Notes: a model not told the origin generated them from the sequence alone. Counted from the stretch's first letter, positions 30,892 to 41,006 are shown. The stretch is DNA of 64,000 nucleotides from an uncultured delta proteobacterium (GCA_963823335.1 CAWGLD010000002.1:1-64000); one strand, 5' to 3'. Numbers and translations: made by a program.

Positions 30892-32967
30892 CTATATGTT
30901 GTTTGTGCCTGTTTTTTCATAGCAGATCAGACCGCATTGCAGGCACCTTTCCGCCTCTCTTTGAGCCTTCTTTTCGCTGAAGCCTTTTTCGATTTCTGCA
31001 TTCATTAAGCGCTCTGAGGCTTCGGCTATGGGCATGATGGTGCGCGAAACCTGCTTCACGCGTTCTATTGCGTCGACATTTTGAACCATGGTCGTCAAGG
31101 TAAGCACATTATCCGGATGAGACAGAGGGATACCATAGATGACATTGTGGATAGAGGCTGCCGCTCTTCTGCCTGCACCAATGGCCTTTATGGCACCGCT
31201 GTAGTCACTGAGAACATCTCCTTCAGCCAGTAAGCCCACCTCACTGTTGTGGTGAGGATGTTTGAGCGTGTAGAACCCTTCCCATTGCCCATCGTCGGCT
31301 GGCTTCTCTTCTTCAGGGAGAGGGGGCTCCTGCGTGTCTGATGTTTCCGTCACGGGTCTGGCAAAAATGAACTCGGGAAGTCGCCCGGAGGCTATTACAA
31401 GTGTATCTGCCGGGAGCCTATGCATGGTTTTTGCGGTTCGATCGAAATATTCGATCTCCTTGAGTTGATTTTTCTCTCCGAATATTCTGTTGATACCCGC
31501 ACCAAAAATAAAATGAATACCTTTTTCGGTAGCCTTGCCCAGGGTTTCGGCAGACAGCCCATGGTTTTCGGTGGATTCCCTGAAAATAACGGTAGTCTCG
31601 TCAGCGCCGTTTTCCCTGCACAGGATGGCGGTTTGAACAGCAAGTTCTCCTCCCCCGGCCAGGATGGTGTGTTTTCCCCAGGAGATGCCTGGGGCGGTTT
31701 TCTGTTTCAGGGTTTTTGAAACATCCATGAGCAGATGCAGTCCTGGAACCGGTTTTTCTGCCCTGGTATCAGTACTCCGTGATAAGCGACTGTCCCAGCC
31801 ACCCAGAGAGAGAAAAATAGCATCAAAACCATCATTGAGTAATGAATCTATGGAAATATCTTTACCCAGGCATTGGCCTGTTTGGACCGTCACACCCATT
31901 TCAATAATTCCATCGATATCCCAGTCTAATACGTCATGGGGCAAGCGGTTGCTCGCTATGGCACTCCTTAGGAGACCGCCCAGTTTTTGTGTGGCCTCGA
32001 ACACCGTTGGCGCATGGCCCAGCCTTGCGGAAAAGAAGGCCGTTGAAAGTCCTTGGACACCGCCACCCATAACAGCTATTTTTCGACCCGTATCCGGTGC
32101 CTTGAATGGTAGAATTCTTGCTCCCTTTTCTTTTTCGTAGTCGGCCACAAAGCGTTTCAGAAAATTGATCGCAACGGGTTCATCAAGGAGTTGTCGTCTG
32201 CAGACATCTTCACAGGGTCGCGGACAGATACGACCGATGACGGTGGGAAATGGATTTCTTTCCTTGATAATCTGGACTGAGCGAGCGTAGTTTTTCAATT
32301 GAATCTGTTGTATATATTCGCAGATATTGATGCCGGCAGGACAGGCTCTCTGGCAGGGTGTGGTACAATCCTCGGTGGTGTACTCACGGATGATACGACG
32401 TGTGACAGAGGAAAGGGTGATAATATGTTTTGGACAGACCCTTTCGCATGTTCCGCACCCGGTACATTTGACTTCATCCACCACGGGCAGACCATCCATT
32501 CCCATGGTGATGGCATCAAAAGGGCATACCTTTGCACAGGTTCCAAGACCCAGGCATCCGATCCGGCAAACTTTCATTCCTCCATTGATGAGAGCTGCGG
32601 CCCTGCAATCTCCCAGACCGTCATAAAAAAATTTTATGTCGGCAGTCTGGAGACCGTAGGTACATCCCGGCCTGGCAATATCAGGTTCTTTGGCTTCAAT
32701 GGCGACACCCAATATAGCGGCAATGGCTTCGGCAACTTCCGGACCCGCTGCCACACAGGAATTGGGAGACGCCTTTCCGGAAACAATAGCTTCGGCATTT
32801 GCGCTGCAACCCGGAAGACCGCATCCCCCACAATTGGCACCTGGAAGGGCTTCATCGACAGCTACAATCTGGGGATCCACATAAACATAAAATATTTTTG
32901 ATGCCATGGCCAAACCCACGCCCACAAGCAGTCCGAGACCTCCCATCATGAATACGGCTTCAATCAT
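30892..32967 (-). CDS. RnfB-like Fe-S domain fused to GltD/NfnB-like flavoprotein
   Basis: LPGANCGGCG, GCLGLGTCAKVCPFDAI, CQRACPAG, GRICPRPCE, EAERCLQCG. Confidence 0.88.
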   Translation of the reverse strand: MIEAVFMMGGLGLLVGVGLAMASKIFYVYVDPQIVAVDEALPGANCGGCGLPGCSANAEAIVSGKASPNSCVAAGPEVAEAIAAILGVAIEAKEPDIARPGCTYGLQTADIKFFYDGLGDCRAAALINGGMKVCRIGCLGLGTCAKVCPFDAITMGMDGLPVVDEVKCTGCGTCERVCPKHIITLSSVTRRIIREYTTEDCTTPCQRACPAGINICEYIQQIQLKNYARSVQIIKERNPFPTVIGRICPRPCEDVCRRQLLDEPVAINFLKRFVADYEKEKGARILPFKAPDTGRKIAVMGGGVQGLSTAFFSARLGHAPTVFEATQKLGGLLRSAIASNRLPHDVLDWDIDGIIEMGVTVQTGQCLGKDISIDSLLNDGFDAIFLSLGGWDSRLSRSTDTRAEKPVPGLHLLMDVSKTLKQKTAPGISWGKHTILAGGGELAVQTAILCRENGADETTVIFRESTENHGLSAETLGKATEKGIHFIFGAGINRIFGEKNQLKEIEYFDRTAKTMHRLPADTLVIASGRLPEFIFARPVTETSDTQEPPLPEEEKPADDGQWEGFYTLKHPHHNSEVGLLAEGDVLSDYSGAIKAIGAGRRAAASIHNVIYGIPLSHPDNVLTLTTMVQNVDAIERVKQVSRTIMPIAEASERLMNAEIEKGFSEKKAQREAERCLQCGLICYEKTGTNNI

Positions 32968-33143
32968 TGTTTGCTCCTGTTCAAACTGGCATTAGTATTT
33001 TTATTTTGAGAAAGTTCCTCGAACTTTCGACACCTTGTATGCTTGGACGCCAGGACGCGTGGAAGCTATAATGCTGCTGTCCGCTGATAGCTTTCAGCCA
33101 CCCTCGGACCCTTGTATCACCCTTGGTCCCTTTTACCTTTTTT

Positions 33144-33497
33144 TTACCATGAACCGTCAAGGCCACGCAGGCCTTCCATGTAAAGCTTTCCACTGGCCAC
33201 AAAAAGAGAATACCCGGTGAGCAACAACGGAATCTTGTAGGATGCTGCCAGGGCGATAACATGCTTTTCCGGCTGTTTACCCCGGACGAAAACGATGACT
33301 CCCACCCTGGCGACTTTTGCAGTGCGAATGACCTGCTCGGTGACGACACCGGTTAGCAGCGCACACCCTTCTGTGGCGGCTGCCAGCACATCATCCATGA
33401 GATCTGCGCTACCACCGCCTGCAATTGTGTTCTCCATCTGATCTTCACCCGATAGTACGGTCGCTTTCAGAGCATCTTTGATTTCAGCTATTTTCAT
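33144..33497 (-). CDS. DRTGG-domain protein
   Basis: ADLMDDVL, IVFVRGK, SGKLYMEGL. Confidence 0.85.
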   Translation of the reverse strand: MKIAEIKDALKATVLSGEDQMENTIAGGGSADLMDDVLAAATEGCALLTGVVTEQVIRTAKVARVGVIVFVRGKQPEKHVIALAASYKIPLLLTGYSLFVASGKLYMEGLRGLDGSW

Positions 33498-33513
33498 TTG
33501 GCAATCAACCTTT

Positions 33514-33590
33514 CGAACCGCAGCAGCGAGCGTATTCCCCGTGGATAGTCGACCGAGTTCGCCCAGGTCTTGTCGCGGGGTTAACGAGAG
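33514..33590 (-). repeat. Degenerate member of the TTGA-targeting palindromic element family
   Basis: Shares ggggaatacgctcgct...cggttc end with copies at 12948, 56665 and 62036. Confidence 0.65.
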
Positions 33591-33783
33591 ACGCTGAACT
33601 GGATGGTCCTGAAATGTATAGCCTTCCGAATTTTCAACCAATAAGTGGATCAAATTGACAGTTACCATTTCATAACTATCATGGATTGTCAATGCTATCA
33701 TGATCTGAAAAAGAGATCTTTCCGTTGACAAGTAGAGGAATTATTTATGATAACGGCTGGAAAGAGAGTTGAAAGGAATTTGT

Positions 33784-34605
33784 ATGTTGGGGTATCAAAA
33801 CAAGGTTGCCGAGGCAGTCGCATATATCGAAAAGAAAATCCCGGAAAAGCCATCTGCCGGTTTGCTGACCGGGACCGGCCTGGGAGACAGTGGGCGGTCT
33901 TTGCTTGTGTCTGTGTCCCTGTCTTATAAAGACATTCCCCATTTCCCGGTATCTACGGTGCAGAGTCATGCCGGAAAATTGCTGGCCGGCAGGATGGCCA
34001 ACCGATCGGTCCTTGTCATGCAGGGGCGTTTTCATCTTTACGAAGGCTATTCGCCACTGGAGGTCACTTTTCCCATACGGGTTATGCAGGCATTGGGTGT
34101 CGAAACGTTGTTTGTCACCAATGCCGCCGGAGGACTCAACCCATCGTTTAGACCAGGTGACGTCATGCTCATAGAAGATCATATCAATCTGACCGGTGCC
34201 AATCCCCTTGTGGGGCCGAACCATGATGACTGGGGTGAACGGTTTCCCGATATGACCGAAGCCTATGACAATCGATTGATATCACTTGCAGAAAAAGCTG
34301 GAACTGACGCCATGATTCCCCTTAGAAAAGGGGTATATGCCGGTTTATTGGGGCCGTCTCTTGAAACACCTGCAGAGATTCGTTTTTTAAGAACCATCGG
34401 GGCCGAAGCCGTCGGTTTTTCGACAACTCAGGAGGTCATTGCTGCCGTGCACGCCCGCATTAAGGTGCTGGGGCTGTCGATTATCACCAACGTCCATGAT
34501 CCCGATCACCCGGCTCCTGCCAGTGTGGAAGAGATTATAAATGTGGCAAAGGCCGCTGCTCCCCAGGTCGATCGGATCCTTCATGCTGTGATAGGAAAAA
34601 TATAA
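33784..34605 (+). CDS. punA: Purine nucleoside phosphorylase (trimeric type)
   Basis: QGRFHLYEGY, TNAAGG, GPSLETPAE. Confidence 0.92.
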   Translation: MLGYQNKVAEAVAYIEKKIPEKPSAGLLTGTGLGDSGRSLLVSVSLSYKDIPHFPVSTVQSHAGKLLAGRMANRSVLVMQGRFHLYEGYSPLEVTFPIRVMQALGVETLFVTNAAGGLNPSFRPGDVMLIEDHINLTGANPLVGPNHDDWGERFPDMTEAYDNRLISLAEKAGTDAMIPLRKGVYAGLLGPSLETPAEIRFLRTIGAEAVGFSTTQEVIAAVHARIKVLGLSIITNVHDPDHPAPASVEEIINVAKAAAPQVDRILHAVIGKI

Positions 34606-34609
34606 ACGA

Positions 34610-34676
34610 AAGGGTTCGAGGGTCTGAGGGGGGATACAAGGGTTGGAGGGTTGGAGGTTCTGAGGGTTCGAGGGGA
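34610..34676. repeat. Degenerate AGGGTTCG-type octamer tract
   Basis: aagggttcgagggtctgaggggg...gagggttcgagggg. Confidence 0.65.
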
Positions 34677-34728
34677 AAAGCCAGTTTGCGTACAGCTTAA
34701 ATCCCGGCTTATCAAAGAAAAAAAAGAA

Positions 34729-34834
34729 ATTTATACCGCTTGTCATAATAATGTTCCGAAAATAGGATGGCGGCATAAGGGGTTGTAGCAGAAAAAAGGT
34801 CCTTTATCGGAACGTTTTTCTGACAACCCCTATA
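34729..34834. repeat. 106-bp dispersed repeat (inverted copy at 63472-63577)
   Basis: Two mismatches by eye; internal stem aggggttgt...acaacccct. Confidence 0.92.
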
Positions 34835-34951
34835 ACCAGAATATACACGAAAATTACAATTAGGTATTGATATCCGGTTACGGACACAAACCCACAACAC
34901 ACCAAACACCAAACACCAAACACAACGATCCATTAGATTCGGAGCCATCCA

Positions 34952-36289
34952 TTGCAGACGACATTTGACACCATCATTTACAATGCCACCATTGTGACCG
35001 TCAATGCGACCTTTGATATCGTCCCCAAGGGTATGATCGGAATAAAGAACGGCAAGATTGAATCGATTGCTGACATGCCGGACAAGGTCGATATTCCGAC
35101 CGGAATAAATGCAATCGATGCCGCAGGCGGTGTCGTTATGCCCGGGCTGATCAACACCCACACCCACATGCCCATGACACTCTTTCGTGGTCTGGCCGAT
35201 GACCTGCCCCTGGATGTATGGTTGAATCGATATATTTTTCCAGCTGAGGAGGCCTGGATCAATCCCGAAAATGTTCGCCTGGGTACGGCACTTGCGTGTG
35301 CGGAAATGTTGCTCTCCGGGACGACGACCGTCTGCGGAGGATACTTTTACGAAGGTGTGGTTGCGGAAATCGTGAACCAGGCAGGGATACGCGGGGTACT
35401 CGGGCAGGGGGTTATCGATTTCCCGGCACCTGGTGTACCGGATGCCGGAGAAAATATCAATGCGGCCATAGCTTTCATCAAGAAGTGGAATGGCTTGTCG
35501 CCGATGATCCAGCCTTCCATCTTTTGCCATTCACCCTATACCTGTTCAAAGAAAACCCTCAAAGCGGCTAAGACTGCAGCCAGATCCCAAGGCGTCCTTT
35601 TTCAAATTCATGCAGCCGAAACAGCCCGTGAAAAGACCTTGATCGAGGGCGGTGGCGATATGTCGCCTGTTCAATATCTCGACCATATTGGTGTCCTGGA
35701 TGCGCAGACCTTGCTGGTACATTCAATCTGGGTAGATGACGAGGATATCGACATCATCGCCAACAGCGGTGCGGCAGTGTCACACAACCCCGAGAGCAAC
35801 ATGAAACTGGCTTCCGGGATCGCTCCGGTTCAAAAATTTCTGTCTGCAGGCATCCCTGTCGGTCTGGGGACGGACGGCTGTGCGAGCAACAATGACCTGG
35901 ATATGTTTCAGGAGATGGACACGGCCGCGAAACTTCACAAGGCGCATACGCTTGACCCCACTGTCATGGATGTCAACTCGGTGCTGAAGATGGCTACCAT
36001 CGAGGCCGCCAGGGCCATCGGCCTGGATAGCAGAATCGGATCATTGGAAAAAGGCAAGCAAGCCGACCTGATTATCATCGACACCCACCAGCCGCATCTG
36101 ATGCCTATCTACAACCCTGTATCCCAGATCGTCTATTCGGCAAGAGGTTCTGACGTAAGAGATGTCATGGTGGCGGGCAGAATGCTGGTGCACAACAGGT
36201 CCCTGACATCCCTGGACCAGGATGACATTTTAAATAAGGTAAATGCACTGAGCAGGGAGATATCCCGGACTTTTCATGCTTCGCCGTAA
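34952..36289 (+). CDS. mtaD: 5-methylthioadenosine/S-adenosylhomocysteine deaminase
   Basis: INTHTH, HSPYTCS, IHAAET, HNPESNMKLASG, GTDGCASNN. Confidence 0.85.
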   Translation: MQTTFDTIIYNATIVTVNATFDIVPKGMIGIKNGKIESIADMPDKVDIPTGINAIDAAGGVVMPGLINTHTHMPMTLFRGLADDLPLDVWLNRYIFPAEEAWINPENVRLGTALACAEMLLSGTTTVCGGYFYEGVVAEIVNQAGIRGVLGQGVIDFPAPGVPDAGENINAAIAFIKKWNGLSPMIQPSIFCHSPYTCSKKTLKAAKTAARSQGVLFQIHAAETAREKTLIEGGGDMSPVQYLDHIGVLDAQTLLVHSIWVDDEDIDIIANSGAAVSHNPESNMKLASGIAPVQKFLSAGIPVGLGTDGCASNNDLDMFQEMDTAAKLHKAHTLDPTVMDVNSVLKMATIEAARAIGLDSRIGSLEKGKQADLIIIDTHQPHLMPIYNPVSQIVYSARGSDVRDVMVAGRMLVHNRSLTSLDQDDILNKVNALSREISRTFHASP

Positions 36290-36304
36290 AATCGTGCAAC
36301 GATT

Positions 36305-36826
36305 CTATTCACCTTCAAACTGACACATGGTAAATATCTTTTGATCTTTGATTTTCTCCCGCCCCTTAAGCTCCGGCAGTTCTACGATAAAACCACATTC
36401 CAATATTTCACCACCCAGTTTTTTTACCAGTTTTACAGCGGCCTCGATGGTTCCGCCTGTGGCGATTAGGTCATCGATGATGACAACTTTTTCACCTTTG
36501 GCAATGGCATCTGCGTGCATTTCGACAGTATTTTCACCATATTCAAGAGTATACGGCGCAGAAACGGTCTTATAGGGCAGCTTGCCCTTTTTTCTTACAG
36601 GTACAAAGCCCACATTCAGCTGGTAGGCCAGGACAGCCCCGAAGACAAAACCTCTGGCGTCAATGCCAATGACCTTGTCAATTTTCATGTTTTTGTATCG
36701 ATTGAAAAATACATCGCAGGTGTACCGATACGCTTTTGGATTCTGCATGAGCGTGGTAAGATCCCTGAAAATCACGCCTTCAATGGGCCAGCCGGGGATG
36801 GATCTGATGGAAGCTTTTAAATCCAT
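36305..36826 (-). CDS. apt: Adenine phosphoribosyltransferase
   Basis: GIDARGF, VRKKGKLP, IIDDLIATGGT. Confidence 0.95.
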   Translation of the reverse strand: MDLKASIRSIPGWPIEGVIFRDLTTLMQNPKAYRYTCDVFFNRYKNMKIDKVIGIDARGFVFGAVLAYQLNVGFVPVRKKGKLPYKTVSAPYTLEYGENTVEMHADAIAKGEKVVIIDDLIATGGTIEAAVKLVKKLGGEILECGFIVELPELKGREKIKDQKIFTMCQFEGE

Positions 36827-37582
36827 TCATTGCTCCTGATTGATTTTTGGAATTACGTTTTGAAGCAGCTTTTTAACACTATCCGCATTCTGATTAAACA
36901 CAGCAAGAATTTCTTCCCATGAGACCGGTGCCTCATCTTCTTTCCAGCAATCATAGTCGGTAGACATGGCAACCGCCGCATAAGGTATGCCCGCTTCATT
37001 GGCCAGTATCGCTTCCGGGGCGATGGACATATTGATGATATCGGCACCCCAGGCCCTGAACATATGGGATTCGGCCCTGGTGGAGAACCGTGGACCCTCG
37101 ATGGTGACCACGGTTCCACCATTGTGTGTCGGGTAACCGAGCGCGACAGAGGTATGATATAGCGTGGTTCTCAGTTTTGGATCAAAAGGGTCGGCCATGG
37201 ACGTATGGGCTGCTCCTTTTTCAAAGGAGTCGAAAAATGTGTTTTTCCTGAAACGGGTAAAATCGATAAACTGGTCAACGATGACAAAGTGTCCTCTCTT
37301 TATTCCCTCACGGAGACTGCCGCATGCAGTCGTCGCAAGAATATGCGTTGCCCCCATGGATTTCAAGGCATGGATATTGGCCCGATTATTTACCTGGGTT
37401 GGGCTGTACTGGTGTTTTTTCCCATGCCGTGCGAGTAGGAGTGTTTCGGTGCCTTCGATCCGACCGCAGGTGAGTGTAGAGGACGGTTTGCCATAGGGCG
37501 TATCCACATTCACTGATGTTGCATCTTTGATTATGTCGGGGTCATCCAGACCCGACCCGCCGATTATTCCGACAACTGGCAT
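36827..37582 (-). CDS. mtnP: S-methyl-5'-thioadenosine phosphorylase
   Basis: GIIGGSGL, EGPRFSTRAES, TDYDCW. Confidence 0.9.
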   Translation of the reverse strand: MPVVGIIGGSGLDDPDIIKDATSVNVDTPYGKPSSTLTCGRIEGTETLLLARHGKKHQYSPTQVNNRANIHALKSMGATHILATTACGSLREGIKRGHFVIVDQFIDFTRFRKNTFFDSFEKGAAHTSMADPFDPKLRTTLYHTSVALGYPTHNGGTVVTIEGPRFSTRAESHMFRAWGADIINMSIAPEAILANEAGIPYAAVAMSTDYDCWKEDEAPVSWEEILAVFNQNADSVKKLLQNVIPKINQEQ

Positions 37583-37615
37583 AACAAACTCCAGAACAAA
37601 TTCGTGTTTGTGTCT

Positions 37616-39748
37616 CTATTTCAGAATGATTCTGGCGTCCACGAGGCTCAAGCCATTTTCGTGAACGATGACCGGGTTTAAGTCCATTTCTTGAATTTCC
37701 GGATAGGATTCAATGATATCCGAGCAGAGCAACAGTAAATTGATCAGCGCTTTTTTGTCATATGGTGGATTGCCACGAATTCCGTTCAGGATCGGATAGG
37801 ATTTGGTTTCTTCCATCATCTGCCGGGCGGATGTACGGGTAAGAGGCAGCACCCGGAAAGCGACATCTTTCAATACCTCCACCATGATACCGCCCAGACC
37901 GTACATGATAACGGGGCCGAATTGATCATCGACTTTTGTTCCGATGATAATTTCCACCCCTTTTCTGGCCATGGGTGATACGAGGACGCCCCGGATGTCA
38001 GCCTCCGGGGAGAAGTGTCGGGCGTTTTTGACGATGGTGGCAAATGCATCCCGAATCTGCTTTTCCGTTTTCAGGTTGGTCATGACACCGCCTGCGTCAC
38101 TTTTGTGGAGGATGTCCGGTGACACGATTTTCAGGACAACCTCGTCTTTTATTTTTCCGGCAAAGCGCGTGGCTTCATCGGGTGTGGATGCCAGCAGATC
38201 TTTGGATACAGGCGCTCCATGCAGCCCGAGCAGCAATTTGGCTTCATTTTCCAACAGAGCGCTGCGATGTTCCGCCGTTGCTTTTTCCAGAATCGCTTTT
38301 CCATCAGGTCTTGCTTTGGCGCCCCAGTTCATGACGAAACTGGCTTTGGTATGATATTTTTTCAAATATGTGCCATACTCGGTCAGTACACCGATGCATT
38401 TGCAGGCCACATCCAGAGAATCATAAACCGGAATGTTGTAGTACCGCAGCAGATCGAGTGCGTGGGGCTTTTCCGAACTGTAAAGACTGTGAACCACAAT
38501 AGGCTTTTTACCCTTCTTGACCATTTTTCCCATTTGATGGGCGGCGTCCTCCTCCAGTAGGGCCAGGCTTTCGGCGAAGCGGATACCGTATCCACCGAAC
38601 AGTCCCACCAGCAGAAGTCCTCCCACATTGGGGTCCTTAAGGATGATTCTTGCGCAGTCGGCGAACAGGGAGGGGTCGGCGTCCGTACCACCGGCCACAT
38701 CCACCGGATTGGGCACAGATGCGGCAAAGGGCAAAATCTGTTTCAGTTTGTTGCGGGTTTTTTCAGTGAACTCCGGGATATTCACGCCGAGGTCGCTCAA
38801 GAGATCTGCAGCAATGGTGGCGTGCCCGCCACCATCCGCCAGGATTGCCACGCTGTTGTTCTTGATGGGCGGCAGGCTGGCCAGAGTCTCGGCCGCGGGA
38901 AAAAGATCGTTGGAATTTTCAATCAAGATGATACCGGCCCGCCGGAAAGCGCCCCGGGCCACCTCGGACATACCGGCCAATGCCCCGGTATGTGAACCTG
39001 CCGAACGTTTGCCGGTGGTTGAACGACCGCTTTTTAACAGGACAACCGGTTTGTCGATAGTGGTTGTATAGGCCTGTTGGAGAAATTCACGACCCTGTCG
39101 CATTCCTTCGACATACATCAATATGGCGCGGGTATCGGGATCCTGCCGGAAAAATTCAAGGTATTCATGAAACTTGATGTCCGCCTCGTTTCCCACGCCG
39201 ACATAATAGGAAAATCCCATGCGGCTCTTGAGCTTGGCTTCCGTGATCAGGGTCAAGGCCATGTTTCCGCTCTGGGTTAGAAGAGCGATATTGCCCCTGG
39301 GCGCATTTTTCAGCCCCACGAGGTTTAAGCGATCTTTCAGGTTCATCATACCGGAGGTGTTGGGACCGATGAGCCGGATCCCGTATTTTCGGGCTGTCTC
39401 CACCATTCGGGTTTCCAGGGCCCGCCCTTCTTCGCCCAATTCACCAAACCCTCCGGCAATGATAACGGCACCATGAACGCCCTTGAGACCGCAATCTGCC
39501 AGAATTGCCGGTGTTGTATTGGCTGGTGTGGTAATCAATGCGATGTCTACGGGGCCTTCAATTGCCGAAACCTTTGGATAGCATTTCAGACCCAAAATAC
39601 TCTTTTCCTTGGGGTTGACTGGATATATCCTGCCGCCGAATTTTTCATCGATGAGAATCCGGATGGCCTGATAACCTCTTTTGGTTTCATTGGTCGAGGC
39701 CCCGACAATTGCGACGGATTCCGCGTTTAAAACCTTTTCAAGAGACAT
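37616..39748 (-). CDS. ADP-forming acyl/acetate-CoA ligase (fused alpha-beta)
   Basis: AIVGAS, SHTGALAG, HKSDAGGV, EMDLNP. Confidence 0.92.
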   Translation of the reverse strand: MSLEKVLNAESVAIVGASTNETKRGYQAIRILIDEKFGGRIYPVNPKEKSILGLKCYPKVSAIEGPVDIALITTPANTTPAILADCGLKGVHGAVIIAGGFGELGEEGRALETRMVETARKYGIRLIGPNTSGMMNLKDRLNLVGLKNAPRGNIALLTQSGNMALTLITEAKLKSRMGFSYYVGVGNEADIKFHEYLEFFRQDPDTRAILMYVEGMRQGREFLQQAYTTTIDKPVVLLKSGRSTTGKRSAGSHTGALAGMSEVARGAFRRAGIILIENSNDLFPAAETLASLPPIKNNSVAILADGGGHATIAADLLSDLGVNIPEFTEKTRNKLKQILPFAASVPNPVDVAGGTDADPSLFADCARIILKDPNVGGLLLVGLFGGYGIRFAESLALLEEDAAHQMGKMVKKGKKPIVVHSLYSSEKPHALDLLRYYNIPVYDSLDVACKCIGVLTEYGTYLKKYHTKASFVMNWGAKARPDGKAILEKATAEHRSALLENEAKLLLGLHGAPVSKDLLASTPDEATRFAGKIKDEVVLKIVSPDILHKSDAGGVMTNLKTEKQIRDAFATIVKNARHFSPEADIRGVLVSPMARKGVEIIIGTKVDDQFGPVIMYGLGGIMVEVLKDVAFRVLPLTRTSARQMMEETKSYPILNGIRGNPPYDKKALINLLLLCSDIIESYPEIQEMDLNPVIVHENGLSLVDARIILK

Positions 39749-39765
39749 GCTGATCCTTTCTTCGT

Positions 39766-40530
39766 TTATTTCTTGCGGTCTTCGAACGTTTTCAAAGAGT
39801 CCTGTCGTTCTTTGGTGGAGACACAGGCGAGGCAGGCTTCCACCTCGTAATCCATCAATGCTTCAAGGCTTGCTTCACTGCGGGCCATCAGCAGGCCTTT
39901 TTTGATCATTTTGATTGAAAATGAAGAATTTTCGGCAATCTTTTCTGCCATATGCCTGGCTGTGCTCATGAGCTCAGGACCGGGAACACTCTGGTTGACC
40001 AGACCGATCCTTTCGGCCTCCTTACCGGAAATGTATTCACCGGTAAAAAGAAGTTCTCTGGCTTTGGCCGGACCTATGAGATCCTGCACAAGACGCATGG
40101 CGCCGCCGGTAACGGATGAAGTGACCTTTGCTTCCGGTGAACCGATCTGTGCGTCTTCTGCCGCGATTCTGAGATCGCATGCCAGTGCCAGTTCATAACC
40201 GGATCCCAGGGCATAGCCGTTGATGGCGGCAATGGTGGGTTTCTCGAAACGGATCAGCTTTCTGGATGCTTCCTGGAGCTCCGTGAGATAATCGCGGTAG
40301 TCTTCGATGCTGCGGGTTTTCGATTCCTTCAAGTCGGCTCCGGTGGAAAACGCTCTTCCGGCACCGGTTACGATCAGCACTTTGATGGCCGGATCGGTTT
40401 TCACGTCTTGCATGGCCGACTGAAAATCAAGCCACAGCTGTTTGTTCATGGCATTCAGAACATTGGGACGATTGAGCTTGATGGTGGCGATACCATCCGC
40501 TTTTTCATAGAGAATACATTCAAGGTCCAT
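39766..40530 (-). CDS. Enoyl-CoA hydratase/isomerase
   Basis: AFSTGADL, ALGSGYELA, SPEAKV. Confidence 0.92.
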   Translation of the reverse strand: MDLECILYEKADGIATIKLNRPNVLNAMNKQLWLDFQSAMQDVKTDPAIKVLIVTGAGRAFSTGADLKESKTRSIEDYRDYLTELQEASRKLIRFEKPTIAAINGYALGSGYELALACDLRIAAEDAQIGSPEAKVTSSVTGGAMRLVQDLIGPAKARELLFTGEYISGKEAERIGLVNQSVPGPELMSTARHMAEKIAENSSFSIKMIKKGLLMARSEASLEALMDYEVEACLACVSTKERQDSLKTFEDRKK

Positions 40531-40638
40531 AATTAACTCGCTTTCTGCGTGTCAGTTTTAAGATGGCATTCAACAAGGCGTCACGCCTCTTACCGGTCAT
40601 GGTTTAAGGCAGGATGCAGGTCCTCCGGTCGTTGCAAG

Positions 40639-40784
40639 TAGAAGGCATCTCAAAAAAGTTTTTTGGCCCAATTTCTGTGTTGGTCCCTTGCTTCAACTCC
40701 TCGGAATACTTCAGTATACCTGCGGGTTGAAGTTCGGGCCCGCCTTGAACTTGAACCAAAACCTTTTTTTTGAGACAACTTCTA
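40639..40784. mobile_element. MITE-like element with imperfect TIRs (relative at 61908)
   Basis: tagaaggcatctcaaaaaa ... ttttttgagacaacttcta. Confidence 0.75.
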
Positions 40785-40948
40785 GAAATGCTACAGAATG
40801 AAGATAACAATGTCAACCGGTCAATTGCGGGTCAGTTCGGCAAAGTTCCTTTTGTGAAAGCGGCCAATTGTGATACCACCGAAACGATTAATAGCTGTGG
40901 AAAATATACGTTGCTTCTGATATGATAATTACAAAAGTCATTCAGGCA

Positions 40949-40981
40949 GAACATTCCCTGCAGCTCGCTGCAGGGTAGTCT
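40949..40981 (-). repeat. Single-hairpin member of the palindromic element family
   Basis: ctga|agactaccctgcagcgagctgcagggaatgttct on the minus strand. Confidence 0.65.
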
Positions 40982-41006
40982 TCAGTTTCTATTGTTGTGT
41001 GACTCT

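Noticed and set aside
33498-33731. N-terminal extension of the DRTGG ORF
   Set aside because: It runs through a repeat element; the domain starts at ATG 33497.
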